Shown here one piece after another: positions 59,489 through 64,000 of a stretch of DNA of 64,000 nt. The notes beneath the pieces were generated by a model. It was not told where the DNA came from and ran no database searches. It worked only from the letters and a program-made list of their open reading frames with translations. Both the position numbers and the translations under genes were made by a program. Source of the stretch: Bacteroidota bacterium (GTDB lineage: Bacteria > Bacteroidota > Bacteroidia > AKYH767-A > 2013-40CM-41-45); the NCBI GenBank assembly GCA_031427625.1, contig JANPNV010000002.1, forward strand, positions 36,370-100,369. The letters run 5' to 3'. The first letter of the stretch is position 1; each line of letters starts with the position of its first letter.

Positions 59489-62400
59489 TCAAAAGGGAGT
59501 AAACGGTCTGATTGTCGATAGCACGCGTGCTACCTGATTCTCCAACATTGAAAAATCGACTGACTCCGTTAGATAGTCGGCGTTTAGATCACCAAGAGCA
59601 TAATTTTTTTCGAAAGCAGACGTACATAATGCCATCTTTGCCAGATCATTTTTATCAATTTTCCTATCCTGATCCAAGTCGCCATAATAGATTGCAAACA
59701 CGCCAGGATCCATCTGAACCTGATTACTACCATATGCCTGAGCAGCGCTGGTGGTAAAATTATATGCAGTATCCACTGAGTCGAGGTAAAATGTGTTACC
59801 CCATGTTTCAAGACTATTTCGATGATTTATTACAAGATAATAAACCAGATTAAGTGCACGCGCTGGCAGATAAGCAGTGGCCCATCCATTTACGCTTAAT
59901 GGCAATGTTAATGTGTAATTAACATTTGAGTCGAGATCCACAAGATCAACTGAAATTGTATCAGCAATTGTATCTGCTAGATTATAATATGCTTTCATTT
60001 TTGAGTTAGTAGTATATAAATCCTGCAAAAACAATCTCATAGTATATGCATAGGGTTTTAGTTCAGTTGTAAAATTAAAGATTGTGCAGCTTGAACTAAA
60101 TCCAGTGGCATTTCCGCCATTTAATGTCCAGTAATATTTTTTTCCTGTCAATAGACTAGGTATTACCACCGATGTATCTGTTGTAATAATATATGTTTGT
60201 AGTGGTGGATTAACAGTGTCTAATTTTAATCTATAATTATCTGCCCCTGGAATTTTCTCCCATAAAATATTCAAATTGCTAGAACGTATTTCTATTGAGT
60301 TATTTGGCGGTAGCATTGTTCCTGTACAAGGTGGAGGGGGAGAGGAAACGCTGACCATATAACTGCCTGAACCACCTCCTAAAGTTGAATGGTATACTCT
60401 AAAACGATAGACTGCATTTCTGGTGAGATTACTCATTGTTATTGATTCAGGTTGGCCATTACCTACAGCATTGACGCAAGAGAGAGACGTTAAACTCGCA
60501 CATGTACCACTAAAAAGCTGAATAACAGCATTGAAACCATTGTTTGAATTAACTGCAATTATTTCTTTTGTATTTACCGCAGTAAACGAATACCATACAT
60601 CATCATCAGGAACTGTTCCTGACGCACTGCAAACGGGTATACCAGCACTGGCAGAAGCTGCAGCTGTAGACTGGCCTGCTATGAAAACTGCAGGCGTTCC
60701 TGTTACTGTAATATTTATGCTATTAGCGCATTCATCATTTGTTGGAGGAATTGGAACCGCACTAATACAAATTGAGAACTGACCAGCGCTTATTGAGGGA
60801 TTCCAGGAAATTCCTCTTTCATATACTCGAACGAGATAATGCTGACCAATAACCAAATTATTAGTTGTAATAGTTTCTGATAAGCCCGCTCCAATTGTAT
60901 TAGCACATGCAAGTTGAACAAATGATGTATTCATCAATTCTACCGTTGCATCATAATTCCCCCCGCCAAATACTTTTATTTGAGTATTGGTATTATTTGC
61001 AACAAACTCAAACCAAACATCATCATCTGCATTTGCGCATGCAGCAGTTGGAATCGATCTTGTTGCATTTGCACTTGAAAAATATGTCCCACAAAATTCG
61101 AGACATGGTGTTGGATATACAGGTAGTAAAATTGGAGTCGATAAGGAATCATTAGAAGGTCTTAATGAAGCAGGAGGTACATATGACGAATACGTGCCTG
61201 GAACAAATCTAATCAGCGAATAACATTCAGGAACTTCACTTAACTGAGTAGGAGCTAAACCGAAACTTCTTGTATTAGGTTTTAATTGATTGAGGACTTC
61301 GCCTATTTGTGGCGTTGAACTAACACCATTTCCATTTATCCCGACGGAGAAAGCATAATTAAGGTTGAAAGCTCCGTTAAAGCCTTCCATTATTCCATAT
61401 AAAAGCTCAATTACATTTGTACTCTCGTAAAGTTTTGCTTGAAAATTGAGATTGGGTCCTGCAGTTTGCCAATCTTCCATTCCAATCCACTCTATTGTCA
61501 TAACTCTGTTTGGAGCTGTACCAGATAATAAAAATTTGATACTTGCATTCAAACCGGCAGTCGTATTTGAATTTCCCTGACAGACTACATCTGCGTAAAA
61601 AGGTGTAATAATCAATGGTGACGAAGGAGGTGTTCCATCAGAAAGAGCCCCGTTTAAATAACCGTACTGAGTTCCGGCACCGTTTGCTGATGTTGTTGTA
61701 TTAAAAGTAATAAAGCCATTTGTTGATATCAGGAAGGAGGAAACGGTATTTCCATTATAACCAAAATTGAACCCTATAGGAACAGCATTACTCAAGTTAT
61801 CATCCGTACTAAGACCATTCCGCCAACCTGTGGTTACTACACTTCCTGAGGAGACAATAGAATTATATGTTATTCCTGTTGATCGGGTAATTTCATAATT
61901 GAGCGGACTTCCGGTTGTGAATTGATTGACGGAACAACTCAGGGCTTGCGCCGAATCATTCCGAGCTACAATCTTCCAATAGTAAGTAGTATTGAATGCA
62001 AGGATGCTGGGAGTATATGTAGAAGCACTTTGAAAGTAGGATACACGCGGAGGATTTGCGGAGGTTCCAAAATAAACATCATATCCCGTCGTAACTCCTG
62101 TACCCGCAGTCCAGCTTAATGTATTTTGTAAAAGGAGGCCTGTGGCACCTGCTGTAGGAAATGTAATTGTTGCGCAACCTGGAGGAACTTTAAACAAATA
62201 AGATGTACCAGCAGCAATAGCAGCGGTATTGTTATCAGTTACTGTAGCCGAACTTGCAAGCATTGTTGTTGTGTTCAAAGATAAATAGTCTGTTGTTGCT
62301 GTAGCTAAACCAATTGAATAAAGTCCGTTATTAAGAGGTAAAGCAGTACCATAAACAAACTGAACCCTATTGGTTGTCTCATAAAGCCAAACCTGAAATT

Positions 62401-62872
62401 TTTGATTTGCGGAGTTGTTGTTTATAACGGTTACAGTCCATTGAACCATTAGTTTTCTATTCGGAGCAGTACCTGTCAACTTATATTTTACTAACCCTCC
62501 AACAGTTTTCAAATCATCCCAGTAGGGAGCGATTTTTGGAAGATCCGTAGAGGATGCCAATGAATTTAAAAAAGCAGTCGAAACAACTGTTGCTCCAAGA
62601 CGCATCAACCCATTCGAATTTACACTAAACTGAGTGTAAGTTATTCCATTTAAGATAAAGTTAAATCCGATGTTAGTTACGACAGAGGATGTATTGTCAT
62701 GAGCTGTGGCAATTAACTGGATTGCACTTGTGCTGTCATCTAATGCGACCCCGGTTGCTATAGAGAAACCATATGAACTCAGCGCAGCCTGTGATGAAGT
62801 AAGTGTGCAGCTAAATAAAATAAGGAACAATAAAAATCGAAGTTTGATGTTGGTTTGTAATCGTGTTTTCAT
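59489..62872 (-). CDS. large secreted cell-surface protein with duplicated N-terminal modules, two FN3 domains, two DDDVW beta-sandwich modules and a C-terminal dockerin-like tandem repeat
   Basis: After a signal peptide, the motif GFNF.(L/Y)NG.....F.(V/I)S.NG occurs twice. FN3 hallmarks are GYDVYFGTSANPP and NYRLKLDTVNPP, and ADDDVWFEF and PDDDVWYSF each occur once. The C-terminal GDLDQDRKIDKNDLAKM and GDLNADYLTESVDFSML resemble the Ca-binding loops of type I dockerin. No T9SS domain is present. Confidence 0.65.
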   Translation of the reverse strand: MKTRLQTNIKLRFLLFLILFSCTLTSSQAALSSYGFSIATGVALDDSTSAIQLIATAHDNTSSVVTNIGFNFILNGITYTQFSVNSNGLMRLGATVVSTAFLNSLASSTDLPKIAPYWDDLKTVGGLVKYKLTGTAPNRKLMVQWTVTVINNNSANQKFQVWLYETTNRVQFVYGTALPLNNGLYSIGLATATTDYLSLNTTTMLASSATVTDNNTAAIAAGTSYLFKVPPGCATITFPTAGATGLLLQNTLSWTAGTGVTTGYDVYFGTSANPPRVSYFQSASTYTPSILAFNTTYYWKIVARNDSAQALSCSVNQFTTGSPLNYEITRSTGITYNSIVSSGSVVTTGWRNGLSTDDNLSNAVPIGFNFGYNGNTVSSFLISTNGFITFNTTTSANGAGTQYGYLNGALSDGTPPSSPLIITPFYADVVCQGNSNTTAGLNASIKFLLSGTAPNRVMTIEWIGMEDWQTAGPNLNFQAKLYESTNVIELLYGIMEGFNGAFNLNYAFSVGINGNGVSSTPQIGEVLNQLKPNTRSFGLAPTQLSEVPECYSLIRFVPGTYSSYVPPASLRPSNDSLSTPILLPVYPTPCLEFCGTYFSSANATRSIPTAACANADDDVWFEFVANNTNTQIKVFGGGNYDATVELMNTSFVQLACANTIGAGLSETITTNNLVIGQHYLVRVYERGISWNPSISAGQFSICISAVPIPPTNDECANSINITVTGTPAVFIAGQSTAAASASAGIPVCSASGTVPDDDVWYSFTAVNTKEIIAVNSNNGFNAVIQLFSGTCASLTSLSCVNAVGNGQPESITMSNLTRNAVYRFRVYHSTLGGGSGSYMVSVSSPPPPCTGTMLPPNNSIEIRSSNLNILWEKIPGADNYRLKLDTVNPPLQTYIITTDTSVVIPSLLTGKKYYWTLNGGNATGFSSSCTIFNFTTELKPYAYTMRLFLQDLYTTNSKMKAYYNLADTIADTISVDLVDLDSNVNYTLTLPLSVNGWATAYLPARALNLVYYLVINHRNSLETWGNTFYLDSVDTAYNFTTSAAQAYGSNQVQMDPGVFAIYYGDLDQDRKIDKNDLAKMALCTSAFEKNYALGDLNADYLTESVDFSMLENQVARVLSTIRPFTPF

Positions 62873-62903
62873 GTTAAGTCTTTACTATGAGTAATTCGTA
62901 CAC

Positions 62904-62935
62904 AATATTATTGCATTGTGGAATGCAATAATATT
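62904..62935. promoter_or_regulatory. perfect 14-bp inverted repeat with a 4-bp spacer (AATATTATTGCATT gtgg AATGCAATAATATT), 32-63 nt upstream of the dockerin-protein start codon
   Basis: The reverse complement of 62904-62917 equals 62922-62935 exactly. It lies in the AT-rich divergent intergenic region between 62872 and the bshC start. Confidence 0.5.
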
Positions 62936-63153
62936 TATTTTTAAAACTAAATGGTTTTGAAAATTAGACAATGAGTAACTTTGTTGATAGAAGTCAATCA
63001 TACAGCCTATTTCAAAGATATGCCCTAGTTTTATTAAATGCAAGATTTTTTTTTAGTCTTCATCAGAAATTACTTTATGTACATTTGACCTCTTCATTTT
63101 TATGCCTTCTATGTTTTCATTTAACCGATCAGAAATTTCATTTAAAAATACTC

Positions 63154-64000
63154 ATGCATTTGATGATTTAATTGTAAATTATATTGAGGAAAACAGCTTT
63201 TTTAATGATTTTTACGCTTTCGAAGCTAGTCCTGCGGGTATTCGGCAGGTAATAAGTTCCTATCAAAACTCTCGATTGCAAAGGCAAAATGTAAAAGATA
63301 TTATATCCAAACAATATAGTTTGGCCGATATCACCCAAATCCACGTCAAAGTACAAGAAAACGTAGGTTTGCTGAGTCAGGATAATAGTTTTACAGTAAC
63401 GACAGGACATCAGTTGAATATTTTCAGTGGTCCCCTTTACGTATTCTTTAAAATTATCTCAGCAATAAACTTGAGTAATACCTTAAATGAAAAACATCCC
63501 GACCATCATTTTATTCCGGTTTTCTGGATGGCTACTGAAGACCATGATATTGAGGAAATAACATCCATCAATCTGTTTGGAAAATCATTTTTGTGGGACA
63601 CAGAGTGGAAGGGAATTGCCGGACAGATGCCACTGACCGGAATAGAGCAATTTCTTGAAACTGTAGAAAAGACTTTTGGATCAGCTGAATATTCTTCTGA
63701 ATTAGTCAGCATAATTAAAAAATCATACCGCAATAGTAAAACACTTGCAGAAGCCACGAGAAAGTGGATCAACGAATTCTTTGGCCAATACGGGCTTGTG
63801 ATTCTTGATGGAAATGAGCGCCTTTTAAAAGAACAATTTAAAGACGTAATGATTGACGAACTCTTTAATCAATCATCGAAAAAATTAGTATCCAAAACTA
63901 GTGAAGACTTTAACAAGAAATATTACTCTCAGGCTAAACCCCGGGAAATTAATCTTTTTTATATAGGCGAAAGGTTTAGAGAGCGAATCGTACGGGAAAA
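63154..64000 (+). CDS. bshC: bacillithiol biosynthesis cysteine-adding enzyme BshC, N-terminal about 280 aa (gene continues past the window)
   Basis: Translating the plus strand from the ATG at 63154 gives MHLMDLIVNYIEENSFF...TVTTGHQLNIFSGPLYVFFKIISAI...PVFWMATEDHDIEEI... This follows the conserved BshC pattern (VGGQQAGLLTGPLYTIHKIISII...PVFWVAGEDHDLDEI in Bacillus subtilis). The minus-strand ORFs called here overlap it and are taken as spurious. Confidence 0.7.

Noticed and set aside
62971-63772. ORFs 62971-63171 (+), 63168-63410 (-) and 63506-63772 (-)
   Set aside because: The plus-strand frame starting at 63154 gives a clear BshC N-terminus running to the window edge, and the minus-strand ORFs overlap it antisense. 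The 62971 ORF lies in the AT-rich promoter and has low-complexity content.
1-64000. Mobile elements, prophage, integrons, defence islands and tRNA genes
   Set aside because: No transposase, integrase, recombinase, phage structural gene, restriction-modification gene, toxin-antitoxin or Cas gene was found. No tRNA-like T-arm sequence (GTTCGAATC-type) was seen in any intergenic region. Gene content and AT-richness are uniform across the window.

Overview
This 64 kb window looks like a chromosomal segment from an AT-rich Bacteroidota genome. The evidence for that phylum is a SusC/SusD pair, two different classes of type IX secretion (T9SS) C-terminal sorting domains, a gliding-motility type-B C-terminal domain on a giant adhesin, and no Shine-Dalgarno sequences. 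Many ORF calls open with TTG or GTG starts.

About 50 genes are present and most are housekeeping. These include a tandem-duplicated D-Ala-D-Ala ligase plus a PASTA protein, a prolyl oligopeptidase, asnB, TerC, aroK, rlmD, rocD, miaE, hbd, pcm, smpB, pyrD, mltG, a phosphoglucomutase-family enzyme and the 5' end of bshC. There is also a complete pst phosphate-transport locus (porin-pstS-pstC-pstA-pstB-phoU) with an orphan receiver-only response regulator, and an mntR-mntH operon in which the Nramp transporter is fused to a C-terminal universal-stress-protein (USP) domain.

Cell-surface and accessory content is a 2579-aa PKD/Ig-repeat adhesin with a type-B T9SS domain, a 748-aa repeat protein with a type-A T9SS domain, and a 1127-aa FN3 protein ending in a dockerin-like tandem repeat.

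No transposase, integrase, tRNA, CRISPR or recognisable defence genes were seen. The most unusual non-coding signal is an array of three tandem hairpins at 57588-57671: the 6-nt loop (CCGUAA) is identical in all three while the stems differ but stay complementary, and the last hairpin doubles as a terminator. Other points worth a second look are an 800-bp non-coding region after the giant adhesin that holds three terminator-like structures, a frameshifted and truncated copy of the adjacent sensor-kinase-like gene, a PstC with a PstS-like periplasmic insert, and a perfect 14-bp inverted repeat in the promoter of the dockerin protein.
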